A DNA stretch of 64,000 nucleotides. Source: Candidatus Woesearchaeota archaeon B3_Woes. Lineage in GTDB: Archaea > Nanobdellota > Nanobdellia > Woesearchaeales > B3-WOES. The notes below the pieces were generated by a model. That model ran no database searches and was not told the origin of the DNA. It saw nothing but the letters and a program-made list of their open reading frames with translations. The stretch is taken from positions 799,533 through 863,532 of the forward strand of contig NJBG01000001.1 in NCBI GenBank assembly GCA_005222965.1, read 5' to 3'. Positions 30,016-39,423 of the stretch are shown piece by piece. How positions within the stretch are numbered: position 1 is the first letter of the stretch; the number at the start of each line of letters is the position of its first letter. Made by a program: the position numbers and the translations under genes.

Positions 30016-30443
30016 CCTCTTTGCTGCTGTTGTGGGGGCTCTTGTTCACCCTCTGCAATTTGTTCAATTTTTTCAATCTTATGGCTTAGATTGTCTAAAA
30101 CAGCTTTGATAGTATCAACCTTTGATGAAATTATTTGCACATTTTGTGATAAAGAATTAATATCATTACCTTGAACAGGTTGTTGTTGATTCATTTGTTG
30201 AATAGCTCCTGGTTGTTCAGGTGGTGTTTCTTCAACAGGCTCTAGATTTTGAGCAGGATTTACAGCTGCTGCAGATTCTGAAGGTAAGTTCCCACCTGGT
30301 TGTTGTCCCATATCTCTTTCCAAACCAGTTGGTGTGTTTAATCCAAGTCTATCTCCTATTGGCTCTCCATGAACACTCGCATTACTCTCAGAACCAGGAC
30401 CAGGAACATCTTTTTCCTTCTTAAACATACCCAAAATACCCAT
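30009..30443 (-). CDS. Hypothetical protein (disordered region plus C-terminal coiled-coil)
   Basis: GAGGTGA RBS; QIISSKVDTIKAVLDNLSHKIEKIE. Confidence 0.7.
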   Translation of the reverse strand: MGILGMFKKEKDVPGPGSESNASVHGEPIGDRLGLNTPTGLERDMGQQPGGNLPSESAAAVNPAQNLEPVEETPPEQPGAIQQMNQQQPVQGNDINSLSQNVQIISSKVDTIKAVLDNLSHKIEKIEQIAEGEQEPPQQQQRGW

Positions 30444-30510
30444 TATTTCACCTCTTTTAAGTTATATTAAGAATTAGACTATATAAAGATTATTGTTTAT
30501 TCAAGAATTA

Positions 30511-31035
30511 CTACAATTTACTCTTTTTAGCTTTATCAGAAACAATTGCAGAGTTTCCAGAAGGATCTTCAATAATTATTTTTAATTTATCCTTCCCCCA
30601 CATAGCCTTTGTTATTTTTTTGAGCATGTTTTTAGCTTTTTTCTTTAGAGCTGGGTCTTCTTCATTATCTCTTGTTGATTCTAATTGCTTTTTAACCCTG
30701 TTTAATAAGCCTTCAATGTTTGATATATAACCTTCTGCATTTGTTCCAGGCTCAATTGTCATTATATGTGGAATTTTAACAGTCGCTTCACTGCTTTTAA
30801 CAATTCTTATTTTCATATCCTTTTCAGAGTCAACATCAATTGTGAATTTAGTTGGTTCGTGCTGTTCTTCTGCTTCAATATCTGCTTTATGGAATTTACA
30901 ACTGCTGCAGCTCATTGAGAACAAATAAACCTTTCCAAAGTATGGAATTTCCATCCCCTCTTCTATTAATGTTAAGGTTTTCTTTAGGCACATTGGACAT
31001 TGTTGGCCTTTCACTGTTTGTGGTACTTTTTCCAT
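30511..31035 (-). CDS. ZPR1 zinc-finger domain protein
   Basis: CPMC..IPYFG..CSSC, EGYISNIEGLL and DPSGNS motifs. Confidence 0.92.
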   Translation of the reverse strand: MEKVPQTVKGQQCPMCLKKTLTLIEEGMEIPYFGKVYLFSMSCSSCKFHKADIEAEEQHEPTKFTIDVDSEKDMKIRIVKSSEATVKIPHIMTIEPGTNAEGYISNIEGLLNRVKKQLESTRDNEEDPALKKKAKNMLKKITKAMWGKDKLKIIIEDPSGNSAIVSDKAKKSKL

Positions 31036-31216
31036 GCCTAAATAATGAGGGGCCGAATTTAAAAACTTATTGGTATTAGAATCTATATGTTATTTGGGTT
31101 GGGTTTTATCCATTTTCTCACTCCCTTTAATAAAAAACAACAATCTAAAATTATCTTTTTATTTTGAGTATATTTAAATACTAGTTTGTCTATTCTTAAC
31201 TTAAAGAGGTGATATA

Positions 31217-31549
31217 ATGGCTAAAGGAAATGTAGGTAAAGTACAGGATGATAAGCTTTGGGGATTCCTAGCTATATTTTTAGGAATAATTGGTTTTCTT
31301 ATTGTTTTATTAACCAAAAGAGACAGTGAATATGCAATGTACTATGCAAAACAATCACTTGTGCTATTTATTGCTTGTATATGTGTTGGATTTGTTGCAT
31401 GGATACCATTTATTGGATGGTTTCTTCTAGGACCCATCTTGTATATAGTGATATTGGTGCTTTGGGTAATAGGGTGGGTGCGTGCATTATCTGGAGAAAT
31501 GAAACCAATTCCTATAATAGGTAAACTTGCTGAAAAAATAAAATTATAA
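31217..31549 (+). CDS. DUF4870-like membrane protein
   Basis: YYAKQSLVLF, IPFIGW and PIPIIG motifs; GAGGTGA RBS. Confidence 0.75.
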   Translation: MAKGNVGKVQDDKLWGFLAIFLGIIGFLIVLLTKRDSEYAMYYAKQSLVLFIACICVGFVAWIPFIGWFLLGPILYIVILVLWVIGWVRALSGEMKPIPIIGKLAEKIKL

Positions 31550-31563
31550 AGGAGGTAATGTGA

Positions 31564-32046
31564 ATGAAAGCACACTATCTATTGGTAGTATTGTTACTAA
31601 TAGGAATTTTAATGATAGGTGGATGCGTCAAAACGCCAATAAAGCAACTTGTAAGTGAAGAACTAACTAAGCAGTCAACAGGTGAAGAGCCATCAACAAG
31701 CAAAGCAGGAGTACCAACAACAGATGTTTCTGGAAAAGATATTGCAAATGTGCCAAGATATCCAGGCTCAATAAGAAACTATGCTGGAACAGTTATGGGT
31801 GGAGATATGATTGCATATCAGACATCGGCAAGCGTTGATACAGTTGCAGTTTTCTATGAAGAACAGCTGCCAACAAAAGGATGGATGATAATAGCTTCTA
31901 CCATAGACCCAGATTTAAGAGGAATTACAGCAACAACAGACTCAGGAGAGATGGCAATTATTGCAATTGCACCTAGTGAAGAATACTCTGGGTACACCTC
32001 TATAAGCATAGTATCTAGAAATGTTTTACCAACTGGTTTAAGGTAG
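31564..32046 (+). CDS. Putative lipoprotein
   Basis: Lipobox-like LMIGGC; VPRYPGS and FYEEQLP..GW motifs; GGAGGT RBS. Confidence 0.7.
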   Translation: MKAHYLLVVLLLIGILMIGGCVKTPIKQLVSEELTKQSTGEEPSTSKAGVPTTDVSGKDIANVPRYPGSIRNYAGTVMGGDMIAYQTSASVDTVAVFYEEQLPTKGWMIIASTIDPDLRGITATTDSGEMAIIAIAPSEEYSGYTSISIVSRNVLPTGLR

Positions 32047-32144
32047 TATCAGTAAATTAGTATATAATCAGATGAGTTAATTATTGGATAACTAGATATG
32101 TAAAAAAGAGTTAGTAGTTTAAATTAAGAAAAAGGAGGTAATAA

Positions 32145-33110
32145 ATGAAAGCACACTATTTATTGATAGTTTTATTCTTAATTGTGGTTTTAGTAATTAG
32201 TGGATGCGTAAAAACGCCACAAACACCAAGTGTTGAAAACATTCTAGAGAATCCTGACGAGGCAATAACCACCTGTGAAAAGATGTCTGAATCTGATAAG
32301 GAGAACTGTTATGATAATGTTAGTTCTGCCTTGTCTGAAGCTGGGCTATTTGATAAGATGATGGAAGTATGTGGCAAAACAGAGTCAGACGATTGCTATT
32401 CTGAACTTGCAATTAGTGCACAACTTGTCGATGCCTGCAAAAAGATTTCTAGCAGCACCACGAAAAGGGACTGCTTATTCAGCCTGGCTAGCCAAAATAA
32501 TACAGCAGCTTGCAAAGAAATGACCAATCAATTTGACAGAAACAGATGTCTTTTTGACATCGCCATGCAGACTGAATCACTGGAAACCTGTGGTGAAATA
32601 AATGATGTTTCTATAGAAGAAGACTGCTATATGGCATTGTCCAACCTTTTTAGGAGCACAGACCCTGACAAGGCATTTGAAGCTTGCGAAAAAATGTCAG
32701 AAAAGGATGACTGCTATTGGGATATCATACAAAATCTTAAGAAAACAGATCCAAATGTTGCGCTCACTGCATGCTCTAAACTGTCATTTGACATAGATAA
32801 TTGTTATTTTGATATGGCAAGAGTTCTGCTTCTAACTGACATTGACAAAGCAGTATACGTCTGCGGGAAAATGGAATACACTTTTAATAAAAATGACTGC
32901 TACATGATGATTGTCAATACACCAAAAGTTACATTAGCAAACCCTGACAAGGCAATAGATGTTTGCGGAAAGGTGACTATGGATATGACTATGTGCTACG
33001 AAAGCATAGCAAAAATCATTACAGAGACTGACAAGGACAAAGCAAAGGAAGTTTGCGGCTACATTACTGAGGATGACTTCCAAATGCACTGTGAACAAAT
33101 TTACGGCTGA
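32145..33110 (+). CDS. Putative lipoprotein with tandem Cys-pair helical repeats
   Basis: Lipobox VISGC; repeated C(x8-10)C[YL] units. Confidence 0.75.
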   Translation: MKAHYLLIVLFLIVVLVISGCVKTPQTPSVENILENPDEAITTCEKMSESDKENCYDNVSSALSEAGLFDKMMEVCGKTESDDCYSELAISAQLVDACKKISSSTTKRDCLFSLASQNNTAACKEMTNQFDRNRCLFDIAMQTESLETCGEINDVSIEEDCYMALSNLFRSTDPDKAFEACEKMSEKDDCYWDIIQNLKKTDPNVALTACSKLSFDIDNCYFDMARVLLLTDIDKAVYVCGKMEYTFNKNDCYMMIVNTPKVTLANPDKAIDVCGKVTMDMTMCYESIAKIITETDKDKAKEVCGYITEDDFQMHCEQIYG

Positions 33111-33250
33111 TTCTTTTTTTATTTTCTTTACAATACAAAAATTTATCATATTCTAAGAAATAATACATATTAAACAAAAAATTAACAAATAAATATTTTG
33201 AGAATTATTTAAATCTTTGCAGTAGTTATAGTTTTTAACCTCTAAGAAAT

Positions 33251-33661
33251 CTACTCCTGAAAGCCTTCTGCTGGGGATTCTTTCACTTCAGTTGTTTCTT
33301 TTGTTCTATAAATCTGAGCAAAAGAGGGTGTTACAACAACATAATCTTCACCAAAGCCAGCAATCTCACCTTCAATAGCATCAGTTGTTTTCTTAAGTTT
33401 ATTTATAGCCCTTTTCAACTCAATCAAATCCTTATCTTTCAAAGGTCTTATATTAACCAAGGCAATTGTCTTACCATCCCTTAAACTATCTAAAATAGGT
33501 TTTATGCTTTCAAAATCTTTCATAACAAAAGGACGAACAATAATTTTTGAACGAACATCGCTTGGAGAATCAGTATCAAGTTCAACATAACCTTCTTCAA
33601 CATCTGCTTCTACTTTCTCATGATCTTCTTTATTTGATTTTAAAAAGTTTAAAAAACCCAC
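33251..33661 (-). CDS. sepF: Cell division protein SepF
   Basis: Amphipathic MGFLNFLK; LRDGKTIALVNI..LKRAI..GEIAG...VVVTP. Confidence 0.88.
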   Translation of the reverse strand: MGFLNFLKSNKEDHEKVEADVEEGYVELDTDSPSDVRSKIIVRPFVMKDFESIKPILDSLRDGKTIALVNIRPLKDKDLIELKRAINKLKKTTDAIEGEIAGFGEDYVVVTPSFAQIYRTKETTEVKESPAEGFQE

Positions 33662-33728
33662 TTTGACACCTCGAATGATATTATTAACTTGTTAATAATT
33701 AATTTGCAATACATATATTTAAAGGTTT

Positions 33729-34823
33729 CTATTCTTTTTCCTTACTAGTACTAAATCTTTTTATTAATAAAAATCCTTTTTCAGCTTCTATACAATACTC
33801 TTCTTTATCATCAAACTTAGTCATTCCAGTCACAGCAGAAGGAAGAAGTATTCTATTACCACGAAAATCAAGATTAGTTATAATCTCTTTTAATTTATCA
33901 CCACCTTTTATACCCATATCAACCATTATCTTAGAAGCATCTTTTACTTTTCCTTCTTCTTTAAGCTTTTTAGCATTTTTATGCAGTAATTTAGCAATCT
34001 CTTCAGCAACATCAATCTTAGTAGCTTTAGTTATTCCTTGTAATCCTGGTGATAGATTTATTTCAATTATAACAGGACCTTTTGCACTTTCTAATATATC
34101 AACAGCACATATATCAGCACCAAGAACCTTTGCAGCTTCTACAGCTATCTTTTTTGTATAGCCATCTAATTCACACGCCTTTCCTTCTCCACCTATATGT
34201 ATATTTGCTCTCATCTCTTCTCCTTGGGATTCACGATTCATAGAAGCAACAACCCTATCACCAACAACAATAGCTCTTGTATCTATTCCTCCAGTTTCAA
34301 CAAACTCCTGAATCAAAAAAGGCTGTCTTAAAGCTGATAAAGCATCCATCATAGATGATGCAGAGCCAAAAGAATCCGCAAACATAACTCCTTTTCCCTG
34401 AGTTCCAGATGGGAATTTCATAACAATTGGATAATTAACTTTTTCCAAAACCTTTTTAGCAGCATCAACAGAACTAGCTAAGTAAGTTTTAGGCATAGGT
34501 ATCTTGTTTTTCTGAAGCTCTAATTGAGTCAAAACCTTATCATGACCAATTGTAAATGCCTCAGGAGAAATAGAAACATATGTTTTATGAAAAAGAGCAG
34601 TTGAGATAGCTCTCATAATAGGTTGATACCTAAAAGAACCCATGATATGAACACAATCATACTTATCAATCTCCTTTCCTTTATATAAAACCTCTAATTC
34701 TCCAACAGTATTTACTTCTATTTCTTTTAAATTAAGATGATCAACTTTAGTAAAATATTTCTCCATAGCTGTAACTATCCATTTTGAGCTTACACTTCCC
34801 AAACTTATCAAAGCGCCTTTCAT
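33729..34823 (-). CDS. rimK: RimK-family ATP-grasp alpha-L-glutamate ligase with C-terminal extension
   Basis: HDK, GTQGKGV, QEFV, RANIHIGG and EINLSPG motifs. Confidence 0.88.
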   Translation of the reverse strand: MKGALISLGSVSSKWIVTAMEKYFTKVDHLNLKEIEVNTVGELEVLYKGKEIDKYDCVHIMGSFRYQPIMRAISTALFHKTYVSISPEAFTIGHDKVLTQLELQKNKIPMPKTYLASSVDAAKKVLEKVNYPIVMKFPSGTQGKGVMFADSFGSASSMMDALSALRQPFLIQEFVETGGIDTRAIVVGDRVVASMNRESQGEEMRANIHIGGEGKACELDGYTKKIAVEAAKVLGADICAVDILESAKGPVIIEINLSPGLQGITKATKIDVAEEIAKLLHKNAKKLKEEGKVKDASKIMVDMGIKGGDKLKEIITNLDFRGNRILLPSAVTGMTKFDDKEEYCIEAEKGFLLIKRFSTSKEKE

Positions 34824-34832
34824 TTTTTCAAC

Positions 34833-34860
34833 GTGTCAGAAATCAAAGATTTCTGAGCAC
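34833..34860. repeat. Intergenic palindrome/hairpin GTG-TCAGAAATC-AAA-GATTTCTGA-G-CAC
   Basis: Perfect 9-bp stem with 3-nt loop plus outer pairing. Confidence 0.6.
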
Positions 34861-34862
34861 AT

Positions 34863-35225
34863 TCAAACACCTTTGGTTTTTGATGGATCAATTAAAAATC
34901 CTTCTTTTAGTACATTCTGACCAATTAAAACCTTAAATTTCATATGACTTCTATCAGCAATTGTAAATTCAGCCTTTAGTTTTTTACTTCTTATCTTTAC
35001 TTCTGCTTCCATAACAGGTCTCAGTGTTCTGCCATGAGTTGAAACAACTAATTTTCTTCTTATGATTGGACCTAAATGTAATTCAGCTGCTAATTTTGCA
35101 TCTATCGCACTCTTAACAGCACCAGTATCAATACGAGCTTTTACTTTCTTCTTCTTAGTAGAGTTTCCAAACAAAGTTACGTCTTCTACAAACCCCACAA
35201 CTGTACGCTTTTTGTACTTATCCAT
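34863..35225 (-). CDS. RimB-like (RimK-associated) retropepsin-fold protease
   Basis: KARIDTGA..SAID, RPV and FTIADRSHMKFKVLIG motifs; adjacent to rimK. Confidence 0.82.
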   Translation of the reverse strand: MDKYKKRTVVGFVEDVTLFGNSTKKKKVKARIDTGAVKSAIDAKLAAELHLGPIIRRKLVVSTHGRTLRPVMEAEVKIRSKKLKAEFTIADRSHMKFKVLIGQNVLKEGFLIDPSKTKGV

Positions 35226-35406
35226 CTGATTAGTACTCTTTATTTTCTTTATAAACTTTACTAAATTAGAGAATATTATAAGAAAATAAATATTACAAGT
35301 ATACTTAATTACTAAATAGTAGTTACAAAATAGAAAGATTTATATACTAATATTATCAACACCATACAACACAAATAATCAATAAAATATAATAGGAGGA
35401 AATAAA

Positions 35407-35763
35407 ATGAAAATGTATAAACCACTTGTGATAGGAGCACTAGCTGTTTTTACTGCTGCTAATGTATATGCAGCTGATCTATCTAATAAATTGATCAAAA
35501 AATACAGTTTAAGTCCTAAACAAGTACAAGAGTTTAAACCATTTGAATTTTATAGCAATAAAACACTTGAGAAAGCATTGAGAAACTATACAATCCAGAA
35601 AAAAGATGATATGGCTTTTGGAGAGAAACACCAAACAATCAAAGAGTTTCTAGAAGAAGTTGATGCTGCTGATGGTGAAACAGATGGCTATATAACTGAT
35701 GATGGAGTTGAAAGACAAAAAGAAAGCGATGCTTTTGAAGGCATGGATTCTATGTTTGATTAA
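35407..35763 (+). CDS. Secreted hypothetical protein with DxxDGxxDG Ca-binding-like loop
   Basis: Signal peptide (VYA/A); VDAADGETDGYI; GGAGG RBS. Confidence 0.65.
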   Translation: MKMYKPLVIGALAVFTAANVYAADLSNKLIKKYSLSPKQVQEFKPFEFYSNKTLEKALRNYTIQKKDDMAFGEKHQTIKEFLEEVDAADGETDGYITDDGVERQKESDAFEGMDSMFD

Positions 35764-35815
35764 ATAATATTTTTTTTCTTTTTCTATAATTTTTTCCTTC
35801 TAATCTATTACTTTA

Positions 35816-36073
35816 TTATTCAACAAATGTTGCATCAGAACGAGATGGAATATAAAGATTATCCAAAGGCATATGTAAAGAATCAGTTTTTAATTCCAGT
35901 TGACTAGGAGCAACTACTTCTTGTTGAACAGGAACATCTTCAAAATCACTATTATAACACTGAACTCCAAGAATACCAAGATAAACAACAGATATAACAA
36001 TCTGCGTTATTGTACTTATTCTAGAATACATCTTAGTTCGTGGTGTTATCTCAGGTTCATACTCTTGATTCAT
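35816..36073 (-). CDS. Small single-TM hypothetical protein
   Basis: 85 aa with one hydrophobic helix. Confidence 0.5.
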   Translation of the reverse strand: MNQEYEPEITPRTKMYSRISTITQIVISVVYLGILGVQCYNSDFEDVPVQQEVVAPSQLELKTDSLHMPLDNLYIPSRSDATFVE

Positions 36074-36180
36074 ACAAATCAGAACTAATAATCAGCTTAT
36101 AAACTTTTTGTAAAACCACCACTACAGAATCCTAAACATCTTTCGAAAGCCTTAAATAAACACCAAAATCCTAAGAAAAC

Positions 36181-37362
36181 ATGAAAACAAGAAGAAAAAA
36201 ACTAGAAGCAAACATATGGAAATTCTATTTATACAGAATATTTGCCAGCATCTTCTTCGCAATGCCAATCTTTGTTCTATACTACCAGGATAATGGATTA
36301 AGCATGACACAAGTCATGATTCTACAATCAATTTACACAGCAATAAGCATGGTAACAGTAATATTATTTGGAATCATAGCAGATTATATTGGAAGAAAAA
36401 AAGTTTTAGTAGCAAGCACAATCATCTACATACTTACATGGGTCTTGTTTGCAATGAGCCATAATTTCAAACAATTTTTACTGGCAGAAATAGCAGCAGC
36501 CTTATCCGCTTCAATGTGGGTAGCAAGTGGAACAGCTTTTTTCTATGATAATCTAAGGGAATTAAAAAGAGAAAAAAAATTCAAAAAACTTTATGGAAAT
36601 GTAATTAGCATAAACTATCTAATGTGGGGAATTTCAGCTCTAATCGGAGGATATATGGCTGTCAAAAGCCTAAGGTTTCCTTATTGGGCAACCACAATTA
36701 CAGCATTTATAGCTTTACTGGTTTCATTTACACTAACAGAAACAAAAAAATACAAACACGCAGACACACATTACTTAACACATTTAAAACAAGCTGCACA
36801 ATTTGCAATAAAACACCCAAAAGTAAGATTATTCATACTCTACTCCTCAATAATTTTCTCAATGGGTTTTATCTGCTACATGTTTTACCAGCCCTATTTC
36901 AATCAAATAAAAATAAATCTAGTATATTTTGGATGGATATATCTCTTAATGAATCTGGCAGCAGCATTTGGCTCTAAATCAGCTCATAAAATAGAAAAAT
37001 ACTTAGGAGAAAAAAAGATACTATTAATCATACTTTTAATCATGATTATCTCCTTTTTTGGAATATCAAAAGAATTAATAATCCTGGGAGCAATATTCCC
37101 AATACTATTATCTTTTAATTCAGGAATATTTGAACCAGTTATATCAGACTATATGAATAAACACATCGATTCTCATCACAGATCTACTGTTTTATCACTA
37201 GGGTTTGTTGTAACCCAGATGATGTCAACAGTCCTGGCACCTTTTTTTGGCTGGATAGTCGATTTCTGGAGTCTAGAAACAGCTTTCCTAACAGCAACAA
37301 TAATACTAATCATAAACTTAGTAATTCTAATAGGATTATTCATAATTAGCAAAAAGAAATAA
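36181..37362 (+). CDS. MFS transporter
   Basis: GIIADYIGRKK motif A; ~12 TMs. Confidence 0.9.
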   Translation: MKTRRKKLEANIWKFYLYRIFASIFFAMPIFVLYYQDNGLSMTQVMILQSIYTAISMVTVILFGIIADYIGRKKVLVASTIIYILTWVLFAMSHNFKQFLLAEIAAALSASMWVASGTAFFYDNLRELKREKKFKKLYGNVISINYLMWGISALIGGYMAVKSLRFPYWATTITAFIALLVSFTLTETKKYKHADTHYLTHLKQAAQFAIKHPKVRLFILYSSIIFSMGFICYMFYQPYFNQIKINLVYFGWIYLLMNLAAAFGSKSAHKIEKYLGEKKILLIILLIMIISFFGISKELIILGAIFPILLSFNSGIFEPVISDYMNKHIDSHHRSTVLSLGFVVTQMMSTVLAPFFGWIVDFWSLETAFLTATIILIINLVILIGLFIISKKK

Positions 37363-38679
37363 TTACTTTCTTATAATTTTAAGAACTTCTTTTGTCTTCT
37401 TCTTCATCAATCTTTTTGTTTTAGCCTCTAAATTAAGCCTTAACAAAGGTTCTGTATTTGACGGTCTAACATTAAACCACCAATCATCAAACTCAACCAT
37501 CACACCATCTAACTTAGATATCTTGCCATCTCTATACTTTTTCTCAAGCTCTTCCATTTTTGCCTTTTTATCACTAACCTCTGAATTTATTTCACCGCTC
37601 TGAAAATACCTTTGCAATGGCTTAACTAATTCAGACAAAGGCATATGTTCTCTTTCAATTAACTGTGCAATCTTAACCAGAGTAAAAATAGTGCTTTCAG
37701 TAAAAAAATGATCTCTGTAATAATAATGACCAGACAATTCACCACCAAAAGCAATATTATCCTGTCTCATACTCCCTTTGATAAAAGAATGACCAACTCT
37801 ATGTATGACAGGCTTATTCCTGTTCTCAGCAATAGCCTCTTTAACAGCCCATGTTGATCTTAAATCATAAAGAATACTCTCATGATTAAATGTTTTTGAT
37901 ATCAAAGCAGTTATTATATCACCACCAATCACATGACCTTTTGCATCAACAAAACCAATTCTATCACCATCACCATCAAACATAGCACCAAAATCTGCCT
38001 TATTCTTTTTAACAGCTTTTACAAGTTGTTTATACATCTCGTGCTTTAAAGGATTTGCTTCATGATTTGGAAAATTCCCATCTAATTCTTTATTAACATA
38101 AACAATATCTACATCTAAATTCTCAAAAACCTTTGGAACAGTTAATCCACCCATTCCATTGCTTGTATCCACAACAATTTTTAGTTTAGGCATTTCTTGC
38201 ACTACATTTAATATAAAATGAATATACTCTTTCATAATATCTCTCTCAATTATCTCGCCAAAACGCAGTGGATTTTCAAACTCATTAGAAATTACAGCCA
38301 TCTCAATCTGACCAATTCCTTCATTATATGTTAATGGAATAGCTTTCTCTTTAGTAAACTTAAATCCATTATACTCACTAGGATTATGAGAAGCAGTTAC
38401 CATGACTCCGCCATCTGCCTTAAGAAAATTCACAGCAAAATAAAACATTGGTGTAGAACATAAACCAATATCAATAACATCTCCGCCCTGCTCATTAATT
38501 CCTTTAGCAACCGAATCAAATAAAGGATTAGAACTCGAACGCATATCTCTTCCAACAACAATCTTGGGCTTTCCAATAAACTCAACCAACCCTCTGCCTA
38601 TCTTATAAGCAACATCCTCTGTAAGATCCTTGCCATAGACACCTCTTATGTCATATGCCTTAAAAATATCCTTTAACAT
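37363..38679 (-). CDS. Phosphomannomutase/phosphoglucomutase
   Basis: FKAYDIRG, TASHNP, FDGDGDR, GELSGH and RPSNTEP motifs. Confidence 0.95.
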   Translation of the reverse strand: MLKDIFKAYDIRGVYGKDLTEDVAYKIGRGLVEFIGKPKIVVGRDMRSSSNPLFDSVAKGINEQGGDVIDIGLCSTPMFYFAVNFLKADGGVMVTASHNPSEYNGFKFTKEKAIPLTYNEGIGQIEMAVISNEFENPLRFGEIIERDIMKEYIHFILNVVQEMPKLKIVVDTSNGMGGLTVPKVFENLDVDIVYVNKELDGNFPNHEANPLKHEMYKQLVKAVKKNKADFGAMFDGDGDRIGFVDAKGHVIGGDIITALISKTFNHESILYDLRSTWAVKEAIAENRNKPVIHRVGHSFIKGSMRQDNIAFGGELSGHYYYRDHFFTESTIFTLVKIAQLIEREHMPLSELVKPLQRYFQSGEINSEVSDKKAKMEELEKKYRDGKISKLDGVMVEFDDWWFNVRPSNTEPLLRLNLEAKTKRLMKKKTKEVLKIIRK

Positions 38680-38688
38680 CCTCTTTTA

Positions 38689-39378
38689 TTAAAGTTCTTT
38701 TTCAGCTTTTTTATATTTTTCTATATCATCTGTTGGAAACCAATATCCTTGATGTGAAAAAGCATAAACACTGCCGTACTTTCCGCAAAATTTCTCAAAA
38801 CAATCACGCTCAATAGAAGATTTTCCAGAAGGCAAAATTTCTAATGATTCTGGCTCCATTACATAACCACCGGCATTATTAAGATTAGAAGGCGCTTCTT
38901 CCTTAGTTGGTTTTTCTATGAAATTTATTATCCTGCTATCATCAAGCTCTGCAATCCCATACCTGGTAACATCTTCAACAGGATACAAGGTCATAGTTAT
39001 TCTTGCCTCTTTCTTCTTATGAGCTTTCAGAATAGCTGTCCAGTCAAAATCAGCAATATTATCACCATTAATAGCAATAAATGTCTTCTTAATATTTTTA
39101 GAGGCCTTTTTTATAGCACCGCCAGTACCTAAAGGATCATCTTCTACACAATAAGATATCTTTACCCCAAACTTGCTTCCATCACCAAAATACTCTTTTA
39201 TCTTATCAGCTCTATAACCAACAGACAAAACAATATTCTTTATTCCGTGCTTTTTGAAATTTTCAATAGCATGCTGAACAATTGGTTTTCCTTTTACTGA
39301 AAGCAAAGGCTTCGGAATATTATCTGTTAAAGGTCTTAATCTTTCTCCTAATCCCCCTGCTAATATTATTGCCTTCAT
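38689..39378 (-). CDS. Sugar-1-phosphate nucleotidyltransferase
   Basis: ILAGGLGERLRPLT..PKPL, LGTGGA, NGD and FIEKP motifs. Confidence 0.92.
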   Translation of the reverse strand: MKAIILAGGLGERLRPLTDNIPKPLLSVKGKPIVQHAIENFKKHGIKNIVLSVGYRADKIKEYFGDGSKFGVKISYCVEDDPLGTGGAIKKASKNIKKTFIAINGDNIADFDWTAILKAHKKKEARITMTLYPVEDVTRYGIAELDDSRIINFIEKPTKEEAPSNLNNAGGYVMEPESLEILPSGKSSIERDCFEKFCGKYGSVYAFSHQGYWFPTDDIEKYKKAEKEL

Positions 39379-39423
39379 ATATACCCTTCACTCACACCAC
39401 CCTTTTTAAAGTTTGTGAAATAA

